From: Entomortierella parvispora E1425 | Taxonomy: Eukaryota > Fungi > Mortierellomycota | DNA: 64,000 bases | Direction of reading: 5' to 3' | Assembly: GCA_020891255.1 (NCBI GenBank) | Contig: BQFW01000001.1 | Span: forward strand, 1,240,001 to 1,304,000 | Shown: positions 26,454-39,544 of the stretch, one piece after another | Layout of the letters: the number at the start of each line of letters is the position of its first letter | How positions within the stretch are numbered: the first letter of the stretch is position 1 | The notes under the pieces: model-generated | What the model saw: only the letters and a program-made list of their open reading frames with translations | What the model was told of the DNA's origin: nothing | Databases searched by the model: none | Translations under genes and position numbers: made by a program

Positions 26454-29400
26454 TCAGGTATACATGGACTTGACACCCAACAAACTTGCCTTAAAAACAA
26501 TGACGAGTATGTCGGTAGCCACGCGATAGAGCATCTGTGGCGCCGTTGATGACCAGCAAGCCATCCTCTTCTTTTCTGATTTAATCTCTGGACATTCCCC
26601 CAGCCAGCGAGACAGTAGGCCTCTAATCATTTCCTCTTGCCCAGGATGCAATAGAAATTCTTGAATTCGGTTGATCATAGGTCCATGGTAGGCCGATTGA
26701 GGCGTGGGCTGAGGCGAAATCATTTGTAAAAGTCCTGAGAGCTCATGCAGAGCGTACCATACGCAGGCGATATTGACCTACCAGCGGAGGAAGGCCACCG
26801 TTAGCGTCAGCGGACAATCAAAAGTCTTTTGCGTGGCTTGGTAGCGTACCTCCGTGATCAAATATTCGCGTTGGGCGTCAAATAAGAGGTCCATACACAG
26901 CTCCAAGCTCCTATCTTCGGTTGACTGATAATCCTCGCCATTTAGGCGAGCAAGAATGGTCCTGGTCAAATCGATCATCAGCATGTAAGCGTTGCTGGGA
27001 CGCGTTCGACATATATCCATCTTAATCTCGTTCTTCTGCTGCAGCTTAATGCAGTAATGAACCATGAGCACAATGTCATCGACGGTCAAAAGGCCTTCTC
27101 TCAAGCATCGATCGCGCGCGTGGATCAAAATCAACATTCCTGTTGCGGTCATTTCAGCAATACCAAGCTGACCAGTTTGGGTTATCGGATTGAGTTCAAT
27201 TTCCAGAATAACCTGGATCGCATCCCAGAGTGCTGACAGGGCTTGAGGATCATCTTCAAAAAAATCGTCTACTATTCATGAAGGAACCTGTGAGTAGTCG
27301 CACGTCCACTGAAGAGTTCACTGGCGGTGGGGCACTGCTTACCTTCACTCAGGTTTAAAAGTACCAACAGGATCCTTTCCCAGCATAGTACCTTGACGTA
27401 AGCCAATGGATCATCGTCGCATCCAGTCTGAATCCCCTCTATTTTTTTCAAAAGCGCGCTCAAAACTAGATGCAGGTCGTCAGCTGAAGGTTTCTACCAG
27501 TTCACTTGGCATGCATCTACAATTGACGTCCTGCTTTGTAGTCACCTGGAGCTGTGTCTATCTCGGTCGTTTCCCAAAATGATTCGGTTTTTAGTTTGTC
27601 CTGATCCAAAATGTAAGGATTCATCGAGTCGAGCAGTTCCCAGAGCAACAGCAAAACTGTTCCGAGGTGAGTGTTAGTCATCAATCCAAATAATATTGCA
27701 AGCAGGTGCGTCGAACGACTGTGCCAGTGTTCACCTTGGACATCGATTGATACCATGACTAATACTTGAATGGCATCCTTGATTACGTACTCGAGAAATA
27801 GGGTCTGACAATCCTGCAAGTGTCGATCCTGACGATCTATACTTCGTGTAACTGAGGCCACAAAGCTGCAGATTTTCACCAAGGCGTCGAGACAGTGCGA
27901 ATCCCATTCCATTTTGTAACCCTCAAACGCGTGACAGAAATCTGTGAACAAAAACTGAGAAAGAAAACTATTGGAGGTCGCTTCCATGGACCTTCCACAT
28001 CAATAAATTCTATCTGGTCAAAGGCAACGAACCTTGATCGATCTTAACGCCGATCCAGAACTCCTTGCGCGGATTGCCATGTTATCCAAGCTAAGAGCCA
28101 TGGTGAGCTTGGGGTTCAAAACGTCAGCTGTGTCGATGTCTTGGTTCCATATCCATCGCGTCAACTAATATCACCAGAGCAACGGCAGTTAGTTTCTGGA
28201 GATACAAAATATCGCGTCCTCGTCATATCCAAGAACGTACAAGAGCTAGCTGAATTTCTGCAGGAGCCACATCCATGTCGTCATGCATGTCTTGTTCCCA
28301 CAACCAGACAAGTATGTCCTGCAGGTGTCTTTCTAACATTACCGTCGAGGAATGAACAGACATTTTGAGGCCTTTAACAATTCGGGAGTATGTGAAGGGT
28401 CGATTCACTGCCGATACGTAAGGTCGCCTTGTTAGAAAAGTCCAGTAGTTTCCAAGCAAGAGTGAGAACTAGTCATACCATTTTCCTCGCTACTTTCGTT
28501 AAGCTTCTATGGACAGAGGGATCACTTAGTAGGAGCCTTTCTTGTACGCGTTCTAGTTTACCGTGGTCCTCTCGTTACTTACAATGTAGAGCCAAGATAG
28601 CTGAATCCAGCTAGAGCCGTAGAAGCCGTCCAAAATCGAATCCCCGACGATCAATGTGGATATGCCACCAAGCATATCGATTCGATCCTTAGGACTGGAA
28701 AAGTTCCGAGGAAAGGAGATTAGATCGTGTATTTTATACAACATAGATTATCTCAACCTTACCGTATACCATATCCTGCTTTCACCTGAATATAGCAAAG
28801 CATCACAGCCCAGCGATGCATCTCCATCTGATGCCTCCAGTCAGTGACTCTCCTGTTTGACCTCAAACATCCTATAATGTCGTTCACTAATGAATTAGAG
28901 TAGATGGTTAGTTCACAAGGTCTCTTTCGCCGGGGTGGCCAGTCCAAATACGCATGGTAGAGATCGTACGGTCTAGGTCCATGAGGGTTTCAAACTCTGG
29001 AAGACTGTCACCTTGCAGACAAGACTGTGAATCAGCCAAACAAAAAAGCCCAAGAAAATCAACGATTGACACAAGAAAGGCCGCACAAGCGGCCTTTTGG
29101 GATTCGTCACTAGTATCCCGCTGTATCAGCTTAATCACACGGAATGGCAGGTCTGACGAGCCTAGGTGTCAGTATCCAAGAGACGATGACTAAAAATGAT
29201 GAGAGCTTGTCCATATTTCCGGAGATCAAGGACAATGAAAAAGGGGAACGGACTTACAAACCCTGTCCATCAGCTCAGAGTAAATATTGGCCGAGGGGTG
29301 AAGTCTGCTGGCTCTCTTGAGCAACTGCAGCAGACCCAAAACGCCCGAGATTAACGGCATATCGTCCTGCCCCGACGTGTGCAAGGGCAAAATGCATTCG

Positions 29401-30131
29401 TCGTATACGCTCACCAAGACTAAAACCACTTTCCAAAGATCGGCCGTCATGTCGGTTCCAAAATCCAACGATCTATGAAGTTCGTTCATGAGTCGATCAA
29501 GAGCTGCCTCGACTTTTGTATTGTTGGATAATGAGTAAGTTAATTGACGAAAACGGACTCCTGATCAACAGAGAAAACAGAGGCAGAGGATCGGCTTTAC
29601 CTTTGAGCAAAATAAAGGGAGGAGCTTTTTCCGTGCTGCAGTGGCCAGCAGCCTGTGCATCCTGGTGGAGGAGATTGTACACAGGGGCCAGAAAATGTAC
29701 AGTAAGGACATGGAAGAAGAGTGTCGATATCTGAGATCCTCGATCGGTGCATGCTACAAAAATAGCAGGGGCCAATACATCAAGGGCGCATCCTATATCA
29801 GTCGTTGGGTTTGTTGTCCGAGCTGGTTCATTCCAAGGACAAGGAAGGAGAAGCAACATTGAGGAGCTTTTAGTCAGCAAAGACTGAGTCAAGTGGTTAT
29901 ATTAATAGTACAAAAGACTTTAGTCAGGGTAGTTGGCGGATTACCAAGGACAGCCTGACAGAATCGAATCCAGAACTGCTCTTGCGTTACAGTCAACTCC
30001 TGGCCCCGGAGGAGGTTGGTGAATGATCCTTGGGCGAGGTTGATGAGGCTTTGATCCACGTTCTCCTTTGAGGATTCGACCAGACGAAGGATCTGCTCTA
30101 GAGCTGGGATTCGAGCAGTGTGTTTGTCCAT
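26454..30131 (-). CDS. Multi-exon Leu-rich alpha-helical (ARM/HEAT-like) protein of unknown function
   Basis: Collinear minus-strand ORF pieces (29889-30131, 29497-29892, 29226-29489, 28908-29138, 27517-27987, 26778-27152, 26454-26723) with helical Leu-rich composition and some GT-AG joins. The full exon chain and intactness were not resolved. Confidence 0.55.
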
Positions 30132-30398
30132 CGTTGCAATCCTGACTGCCTTTCAAAAATGACGACCAAGAAAAGGGGCGTGAGAGGGATGAAGGAATCA
30201 AAAAAGAAAAGAGAAAAGAGCAGAAAAGGAAACAAAAAGGCAAAAAAAAAAAAAAAAAAAAAAAATTAAAAAGCGGTCTGACCCCCGCATCAACAGACTG
30301 GCATCCTCAACATCCTCAACAGGCTGATATCCTTGGACATATTCACACCCGCCCTGTGTCATTTTTTAATGTGCTTATTGTTTGCTTCATCGGCCTCA

Positions 30399-31848
30399 TT
30401 AGTTTTTATTCCGCCTCTTCTTGAGGGTGTATACGCGCAGTGTTCGCGTGTCCTTGTTGAACTCGGCCGATATCGTGTCCAGATCGATGGGCTCATTCGG
30501 CATATCGACCTCTGCATGGTACTCTTTTCCATGATCCACGTCCTGTCCTTGACTCTTGGAGTGAAGTACGAGCTTGTCTGGGAGGACCACATCCAAGGTC
30601 ACATCCTCAATGGATTTCTACATGATTTTCATCCCTTTTGTTAGTTTGCTGCTTGAACATGCTTTTGTTCGCAATGCCATTTCATAGCTTTGAGATCCTT
30701 ACGTGATTTGGTAGCTTGATTTCGACAATGATTCCCAGGGTCCCTCTCTTACAAGGAATGAACCGACTCTGAAGAATAATGTTGTCCTTGCCCGCTGCTG
30801 GTACAAAGAATTGGCCAGGAAGAAGAATCGGTGATGCCTTGGGTGCAGATGTATCATCGCCTCCAAAGTCCAAGAATTTTTTCTTCATTTTTTTAGAACT
30901 ATCCTCGATTTCCTGAGGTCTCTCTGTTCCTGATGAGGCCTCAACCTCCTGAATGGGTCCTGCTTTAGGCAAGATGACCGATCGAGCTTTGAGCTCGTCC
31001 TTTGATTTCACATCTGGGAGTGAGAAGCCTATTCTCGACAGCAGTTAGAGATCGAGTCAGTCTATGGTTTGCTAAAGATGAAGATGAAAACACATGACAG
31101 GCTATGATGCTGTTCGAGAGGCTTACTTCGGCTGAGATCCATGCGACACTTTTCTTCTACCCATTCCATTGCCAGTTCCATGATATAAAGCTTGAAATCC
31201 AGATCTGTCTCTGTCCGTTTGTATGGTTGTGTGTGAATACAGGCGTCTACTACAAGATACGTCTTGTTTGCTAAAACACAACCATAATAAGAAAGTCGGT
31301 CAGATCTGCGCTTCTTTCTACAGAACAGGTTCAAGAATCTCCTCTGAATAAATACATTTGTTCTGATACTCGCGAGGCGGACTTAATTGAAAAGGGACCT
31401 GATAAGTGGCCCCTTCGACGGCATTGATGGCCTTTTGGATCTCTTCCTCAGAGACGACTGCAGGGGTTGGTTTAGGCATAGAATCTGCGTGGCAAATATT
31501 GATGAAAATAGGCGTATCCTTGGAAAACTCCTTGAGCTCTGTGCCGATAGGGACCTGGCCCGATGCCTTGGTGGTCCTTGTTTCGACCACAAATCCGGCG
31601 ACGGGCAGCAGCTCAGTCATGAGGGTGTTGATAGGCTGGCGGTACTGGGGTGCCTGTGAAGCCTCGAGGTAGCGCTCTGCAAGGGACAGGGCGGCCTGTG
31701 GGTTCTTTTGAAACTCTGCCATGAGTGCCTCCTCGTCCGCGGCATCCTGATCCTTGCTGGAAGGGGCGGTGGCGGATGGATTGAGCATGAATGCGCCATT
31801 GCCCTGGTTGCCTTGGCGGTCATTGGCTGAAAAGTCGAGAAAAGACAT
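30399..31848 (-). CDS. PIH1: PIH1 domain-containing protein (R2TP co-chaperone, Pih1/Nop17-like), multi-exon
   Basis: PVAGFVVET..PIFINICHAD..YQVPFQLSPPRE..YLVVDACIH..FKLYIMELAMEWVEEK, with a C-terminal CS-like segment (ISAEFNKDTRTLRV). Confidence 0.88.
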
Positions 31849-32200
31849 TTTTCCCAGTGAATGAATGGAAGGATGGATGGAATGAAAAGAGAGAAAAGAG
31901 ACGAGATTCAGCAAGGGTCTTTTCCGTCTATTTCTGTCCTTTTGGAGATGGACCGCGCACCGCCACGTTGGACAAAGGCGTCTTTTTTTCCTTATCTTTT
32001 TTGGTTCTTTGTTCTTTGTTCCTTTGTTCCTTCCTTCCTTCCTTCCTTCCTTCCTTCCTTCCTTACTTGTTCTCTGCATTCATTCTCTCCTTCTCCTTCT
32101 CCCCTTCTCTCCTCTCTTTCTAACTGCATCCCCTCCGTCAGAAACCCTCCCTCTCTCCCAACTGACAGCCGGAGCAACAGTAGAACCAACCCATTCACTA

Positions 32201-35200
32201 ATGTCGAGGCATCACCAGACCCTGACCCCCGCTCTTGCTCATGGAGCAAGCCAACGGCGGTCCTGGGTCAAGACGGCTGTTGCATTCGTCCCCTTCCTCG
32301 CCCTCGTCCTCGGCTCATGGATCTATGCCATTCACCTGGACCGGCTCGCTAATCAGTCCATGGTCCGGTCTAAGGATCCATCTGCAATGTCATCAACAAA
32401 GAGCAGAGTCACCCAGACAACCGCCGACAGGCTTGGCGCCGAATCGGTATCTACTGGTGACGATATTGTCATTGGCGACAGCAAGGACAACGTCTTTTAC
32501 TTCATCCAGGTAATGAGCAGAAGGGTCATTGGATCCTTGTCAGGATAGAAGTCCCCCAAGCGTAGTAGGCACTCCAACAAAGCACATGGGTGTCTACGCC
32601 AAAGAACAGAGAGGCACACGACAGACAGGCACTCACCTGTGATCAGCCATGCTGCTTTGTCGTTGCTTCTTGTCCTCTCCTTCCTTTCCCCTATCTTCGG
32701 TGTTTCTCCTTCTCTCTCTTCTGTTTGCCAGCTGCATGCATTAACGATCCAAGGAATCTTCTCTCGGTCTCGTACTCTAGGTCTCTGATCTGCACATTAG
32801 CGCCTTCAGGAAGGCAAGCACAGCCAACTTTTATACATTCCTGTCAACAGCTTTGCCCGTGGTCGATCCTGCGTTTGTGGTTGTCACAGGTGATCTGACA
32901 GATGCAAAGGACAAGCAGCTCGTGGGGTCAATGCAGTACATGAACGAGTGGATCACCTATAGGGACGCTCTGGAAGAGTCGGGAGTGCTCAAGAAGAGGA
33001 ACGGCACCTTTTGGCACGATCTCCGAGGCAACCACGACTGTTTCAACGTTCCGGACTGGAACAGCAAGGAGAATATGTATGCAGACATGAGCGCAACACA
33101 GACGCCAGGATTCATGTTTGATGTCAACACAAACTATGGCAAATATGGATTCATCGGTATCGACGCATGGTAAGAAGCGGGCGTCCACTGGAATCGACGA
33201 GGGTGCTGAGCGTCTGATCTCTGACCGTTTCGGCTTTTGTTACTTCTAGTCCCAAACCAGGGCCTGCTCGACCTTACAACTTTTTTGGATTGTTCGAGAC
33301 ACCCGACATGGACAACCTGGCAAAGCGATTGTCTCTCAGCAAAGGAAACAACCATACCTTTGTGGTAAGCTATGCGACTTCTTCTGTGCCCTATCGTGCC
33401 AGGCTCTTTTCTTTGTGCTAACATTTTGTTGCTGCTGAAAATAGTTTTCACATTACCCAGTAACAACGACCATGTTTGGAGAGTCGTCAGAGGGAGAGAG
33501 CTTTGCAGATCTTTCTCGATCTTTTAGTGTTTACATGTGCGGACATTTGCACAAACTCAAGTGGGGTACGTGCGCACTTCATACCTGATGTTATCTTGAA
33601 TATAGCACCGCAATACTGACTAGACAGTTTACTTTCAACACAGGTCTTGGAGATGCACTTCAATCTTATCAACCTACACACTTTTTGGAATTGGAGGTCG
33701 GCGACATGAAACAAAATGGACTCTACCGTATCATGGTCGTCGACAATGACATGATCTCATTCACGGATGTTTCCATGCCCATGACAACAATTCCCCCCGC
33801 AATCATGCCACGAAGGGCCGCCACTCCGGTTGTTCAGGAGAATTTTGAGGCGGAAGAAGACTCTCAGGATCAAACATCTCCACCTTCGGGAAAGGACAAG
33901 AAAAAGAGGCGACCAGCCCTTGGACCACGTCTGCCTACAAATCCCATTCTTGTGGTTTCGAATCCCAAGGACTCCCGCTATCTGATCCCTAAACACGAGC
34001 CCGTAAACAGGATCGGTACCAGTACTCATATTCGATTCTTGGCGTGGACAGATAGTCAGCCCTTCCCCGTCGAAGGCGATGAGCATGGAAATCACGTGCC
34101 CAAGGATATCAAAATTGAGATCAAGATTGACGGGAAATTGCACAAAAATCCTGCCCAGTTTGTGGGAACCAAGGAAGAAGACAAGAACGAGGAAAACAAT
34201 TTTCTTCCACTCTATGTGTCTGAATGGAACCCTCAATCCTATAACGACGGCAAGGACCATGTTCTGGAAATCAAATTTGTGGATGGTCATGGACGTATCG
34301 GAACTACGCGCTCAATTTTTAGAGTCGATGGACAGCGGTCAGAAATGAAGGGTGGATTTGCAGAGTGGATCATGTGGGCCAACATTGCCATGCTGGTGAG
34401 TAGTCGTCGCTTGATTTACAAGGAACGTTTTATTGTTCGTGATCATTGACGTCGGGACTAATATCTGTCACTGCGTTTTAATAGTTGAAAGCATTGTTCA
34501 TTACGGGATACCTGTTGGTCACTATGCTTTGTTTGATTCTGCCCAAGCTCTACTCACTTTACCTCCAGACCTCGCCTGCGCCAGCACAACCCGACATTAA
34601 GGCTCGCAGCAGCTCCGATCTCCCAGACGACGCTGATCGGTCCCTGCTCTCACAACATTCCTCATCCTCGACCGCCAGTCATGTTCAATTTAAAAACGGA
34701 TACGATGCATGGCTGGATCGCAAGCGCCGGCATTTGTATCGCCTCTCGTCCACCGTTTCGACTTCTTCGGCCCGTCATCGATTCTGGAATCGCTTTGTGA
34801 ACCATACGATTCACGCTCACGTCTTGCGATTCGTTCATTTTTCGACCCAGCCGATCTTGTTCTATCCAACCCTGATCTTTACATTGATGTTGGTCACGGT
34901 TCCTCATTATTGGGGTCATTTTGTGCCCTCTGCGGGGATTCAAGGTCAGGGATACTTTTACTTGCAAGGCATTTATTTACCCAATGCCGGCGGTCACTTG
35001 GGAGGTGGACTGGGCTCTGCCAGCTTGGACCCTGCAGGACCAGAAAGAGTCGGTCGACCTCTGACTGTTCTAGCTGGTGCGATTTCATCTCTGACAGGTG
35101 GCGCGATCAACATGGGCCGTCAACAAGGACTTGAAGGCGAACTGAACTTCAGTGGTGGAGGCAGCTGGATCCCTATGGCAGACACATGGATGAGCACGAT

Positions 35201-35786
35201 TTGGACGGTGGTTTATGATTTGGTCATCTTTTTGTACTATTTAACCTTGTGCGCGACGCCGTCTGGATACCTGTACTCGCCCTCGAACGCTCATCGACTG
35301 AGACCTTACCATCGAACATGGTATGTGCGCTGTCTGATTTTCGGTATCTGGGTGTTCCGCTGCTGCACAGTTTTGATGACGGCAGAACTCTACGGGCCCA
35401 GTGTGATCTGGACTGGAATTGGAACGTGGTGGCTGGTCGTTGTTGGCTGGTTGATGTTTATGGTCGGATGGAGCCGTTCCCGAGTCGAGAGAGATACGCT
35501 CTTGAAGGAAGGTGAAGAGGAGCGGGAGGAAGAATATGATGAAGGACGAGAAGAACGGGAGGCCATTGGAGGATCTTCTTCCACTTCGTTGTCGGCATCG
35601 CCCAGTCGGGAGAAGAAGGATCGGTCTTTGGACCAGGATCTGGATATTGAGGACGATACGCAGTCTCGAAAAGTCATCACAAAGGATGTTCACCATGAAA
35701 AAGTCAGCTTTGTGGCCATCAGTCATCCAGCTAGCACCAGGATTACGACAACAACAACAACAACAACAACCGCAGCGTCCTCATGA
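32201..35786 (+). CDS. TMEM62: TMEM62-like calcineurin-type metallophosphoesterase with C-terminal transmembrane region, multi-exon
   Basis: FIQ|VSDLHIS, VVVTGDLTDAK, DLRGNHDCF, GFIGIDA, PGPARPYNFFG, LELEVGDMKQNGLYRIMVVDND; several C-terminal TM helices. Confidence 0.88.
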
Positions 35787-37242
35787 ACTGAGATTGACCG
35801 CACATCCACTGTGGAGGAGACCCTGGATAGTTCAGAGTCAGTTCATCTCAGGGATGGGAATGAGGTCGAGTCCAAGCAGGAGCAAACTAGACGGCAGGGA
35901 CAACGCAACAGGCGAGCCTTGCCTCCAAAATAAGATCACCACCCTCATGCACATACATACATCATAAAAAATTTCATACCCATCACATACTTGACTTTTT
36001 CCCAAGCATCGATCGCATTGATGCGCGTTGAACGCCTCTACTGGATGGAACGGCTCTTTTGCAGCAACTGACGCACTGACGCTTGAAGAAGAAGGGAGTG
36101 TTCCATTCATACCATATTTCTTCAATGGTGAGTCGAAGGCAAAAACAACATCGCATCGAGAGGGAAGTCGTCTATCAGCTGTCAATACTGTCTCTTTATT
36201 TCCGAGCAGTGGTTTGCCATATCCCGCTCAGAGTCCCTCAAGCCTACCCCGTCCCGCAACAGCAACAAGCTCGCCGAAAGAAGCTGCACAGCAGCCTGTC
36301 ATAGGAGTCCTTTGCTTCACCTTTTTTTTCAACTCAATTCCAATCTGCAGTCCACTGGTGTTGACGTTGACATCCAGCATGAGAGCCATATTGGTGATTC
36401 CTTTGAGAAAATACTATGTTCTCGCCATGTTTGGTAGTGAGGAGGTTGTTGGTCTGTGAAGCGCGGCAAAAATAAAAAGCAATAACCTTCCTCCTTTCTT
36501 GTGAGAATCACTTTGGGTCATTCAACTCAAAGAATCAAGAAGTTCATTCTCTTGGCCCCAAAGAAAGGAAGCTAGGCCCATGTCCTTTAGACGATGGAGG
36601 TTTTCGTTCAGCCATTTTCCGTAATCGTCCACATACATAGCTTCTTTTTTCGTTGACTCCTGTCAAAAATGTTGTTTGATCCGTCCGATCCTTCTGGGGG
36701 GGCAGCCAATTCCATGCAAGAGTTTGGCCCAAAAGCTCTCCCAGCTTTGCTGGCGTGAATCCTTGAGAATGAAGGCTCGATCTTTGTGTCTTCTCTGGTT
36801 TCTGCAGTTCATGAAAAACATATAGATCGATCAATAGCCTGTATGATGATCATCGTCTCCTTTAGTAACTTCGTATATCGAAATCGCGCTTTTCTCCTGC
36901 GGCTCCATCCAAGTCAGAAAATATGACGAGAATAGGTGAATTATAATAGCCTTTCCCAGAATGCTTATTCGAATGAGAAACCGTTGAATGTACCTTGTGG
37001 GGAGGGTGGACGCGCGATAATGCAAACGCGACTAGGATTGGTGCCATTTCAGTTGGAAAGAGGGTTTGAAATTGAATGCTTCCATTGATCGTCCACAACA
37101 CATTTTAGGCGCAGCTTTGAATTGGCCATGACGGATGGAGAAACGTGGGCATGAATGTGAGAGTGTGAGAGTGTGAATGGAATGAGCTGTGCACGGTCCA
37201 TTAGCTGGAGAAAGAGGAAAGGAAGGAGGGGCGCAAACAAAC

Positions 37243-37852
37243 GAGTGAACAGATTTGTGTGAAGACCCCCGTGTGAAGGACCTTCATTTGTGTGAAGTCA
37301 AGATAAAAAATGGCTAAGCCACTCCATTTGTGTGAAGTTCTGCAAAAAAAAAATCGCGTCGCGTCTCGCCTATTCCTCCTTGTCGATCGCGTCGCCCAGC
37401 ACCACTCTAGCCGCATCCAAGTCCTTGGGAGACCTGTCGAGGCTTCTCTTAAGACAATCATCGTCTGGGTGGAAATGGTATGTTGTGGTGAACTTCATTG
37501 TCTCATTGTCCATTGTCTTCCACACTATCCGCTGTCCTCCGCGGTCAATTCTCTTTTTGCATCCTTGGCAAGAAGGGAGTGAACCACTGAGAGCGACTGG
37601 ATGCAATGAAAATCCGAAGGGATAACGAGTGCGTCGCGCCCGCTTCGTAGTAGGCGCGACAGGCTCAGGACTGGGTGAGCGATCGTTGTTGTGGCCTGTT
37701 GTTCCATGGGGGATATATTTGAACTTGTTTTTCGGCGCAAGGGCAACTAGGATCTCTTCACACAAATGAAGTGGCTTAGCCATTTTTATATTTTGATTTC
37801 ACACAAATGAAGGTCCTTCACACGGGGGGTCTTCACACAAATGTGTCTACCC
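37243..37852. mobile_element. Non-autonomous Mutator-like (MULE) element, 610 bp, about 95-bp TIRs, 9-bp TSD
   Basis: TSD caaacaaac at 37234-37242 and 37853-37861. TIRs 37243-37337 and 37756-37852 (G(A/G)GT..ACA(G/C)ATTTGTGTGAAGACCCCC..) contain repeated ATTTGTGTGAA subunits. Confidence 0.9.
37370..37783 (-). CDS. ORF inside the MULE with a PARP-type Zn-finger-like motif (CxxC..H..C)
   Basis: 137-aa open frame from an ATG in the right TIR to a stop 32 nt before the left TIR; SCQGCKKRIDRGGQRIV..TYHFHPDDDC. Expression is unknown. Confidence 0.45.
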   Translation of the reverse strand: MAKPLHLCEEILVALAPKNKFKYIPHGTTGHNNDRSPSPEPVAPTTKRARRTRYPFGFSLHPVALSGSLPSCQGCKKRIDRGGQRIVWKTMDNETMKFTTTYHFHPDDDCLKRSLDRSPKDLDAARVVLGDAIDKEE

Positions 37853-39497
37853 CAAACAAACACCCTCGCCCTGAAACTCTGCGATGTCATGCATGTCCTG
37901 AATCCCATCACCCCCCACGCCATCCACACGCATGTGCTTGTGCATTGCCATTTCCTTCCTGACTGGAGATTCCCTTCCTTCCTGGAACTCAGCAACATCG
38001 CATGCCTCTTGAACCCCATCCGTCAGTGCGATGTCAGCATGCGATGTCTGGCCTTCAACTGAGTTTCCCTGCTGGTGATCATAGTTTTCCTTCCCACGAG
38101 CTCGTTTCTTCGTCTCGCGCCGGATTGTCCTTCTGTCATCCGACTTTTCATGGAATATATGGTCAGCAGCACATTCACCCTGTATGTGACTAAATCGAGG
38201 TCCATACTCACCCTTGTCCAAGTTGTCGATGGCGCGCAGGATGTTTCGCTCGGCTGATCGTAGCGAACGCTTTCGAATACTCATGCGGGCGACGTCCTCA
38301 GCTTCACTTGTAGTCTCGGCTTCTTCTAGGTCTCGCCAGAAGCTTCCATTTTCGGGCAAATCCCCTCCCAGTTGCGTTTCAGTCGACTGCCTTGGTCACC
38401 GAACTGCTTTTCTTGTGAATTGAGGAGGATTTTCAAGGCGTTGCTCCAGTGACCATGCAGTCTTTGCATTGTGTGATATTTTCGGGTCAACCGTTTTGAA
38501 GTAATCTACAGCAGAGTAACGTCGAGGCGAGGTCTGGACGAAATAGAAAGAGAGTTTTTTTCTACAGTTGCGGACAGGAATGGATGTGCCAGCAGGCTTG
38601 GCGCCTTTGATCTTTTTTTTTTGTGGATCTCGCATTTTGATTTTGTGTGGATTTCATCGCTGGCGTGGATCTAGTTCAGTCATCTGCCTTGATCTCTTTC
38701 AATAAATGGCAAAGCCAGAGATATTACGACACCAGCTTCGTGATACAATGCTGGATATGTAACTCCACCAGCCTAATAACACACAGTCGCGGTCCTCTCA
38801 CCATTACGAGGGATTCGCGATCCTTCATGAGAAACAATGAATGCATCTCTGTAGTGATAGCTGCCTTTTGAGTCGACCCTCCCAAGATGGGACCACTTGC
38901 CCAAGCCGATGGAGCACTCCAGTGCTTTGCCATTCCTAATTCAGCCAGGCTAGCACATGCGAATGCCTAGCTGAACACATTGCAACACCAGCTTCGTGAG
39001 GATATGTTACTCCACCAGCATGCTGTAATTCTGTACAGCTCTGCACCAACCACTTTCATGCTCACGCGTGGCAATCTTCTTGCGCGACGTTGTCCTGCCC
39101 TGTGTTACCAAATGTTACGGTCAGACACGCAAGGGATGGACAGTAACAGGGAGAAGGAAGCTCAATGTATATTGCGAGTTGCAGACCGAGAAACTATATA
39201 GGGCACGAGTAGGAGTCGAGTCCCGTATCGGCTATTGATGAGGACAATGAGTCAGAAAAGCGAGATAGAAAGAAGCTGTTACCGCCGTCAAGGGTACCAA
39301 GAGATGAACTTATGAGCGAAGTTAGGGGGAGCGTGGCGACTACAGAGCATCGATGGTTAGGGGTTGTCCGTGTCAGAGCCCTGTGACAAATGTCCGAGCC
39401 AGCAGCAAGAAGTCGCAACCATATTTTCTGGCCGTGTTACAAAATCAATTCAGAGCGTTTGCGTTCGCTTGTGGCACATGGGAGAGAGCATTCAATG

Positions 39498-39544
39498 CTC
39501 AATTCAATCGGCCAAAATTATAAAGGTTACGACTTTTTGTCGTG
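39498..39544 (+). promoter_or_regulatory. 47-bp dispersed motif, copy 2
   Basis: ctcaattcaatcg-gccaaaat-tataaaggttacgactttttgtcgtg, matching 16780-16826. Confidence 0.55.
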
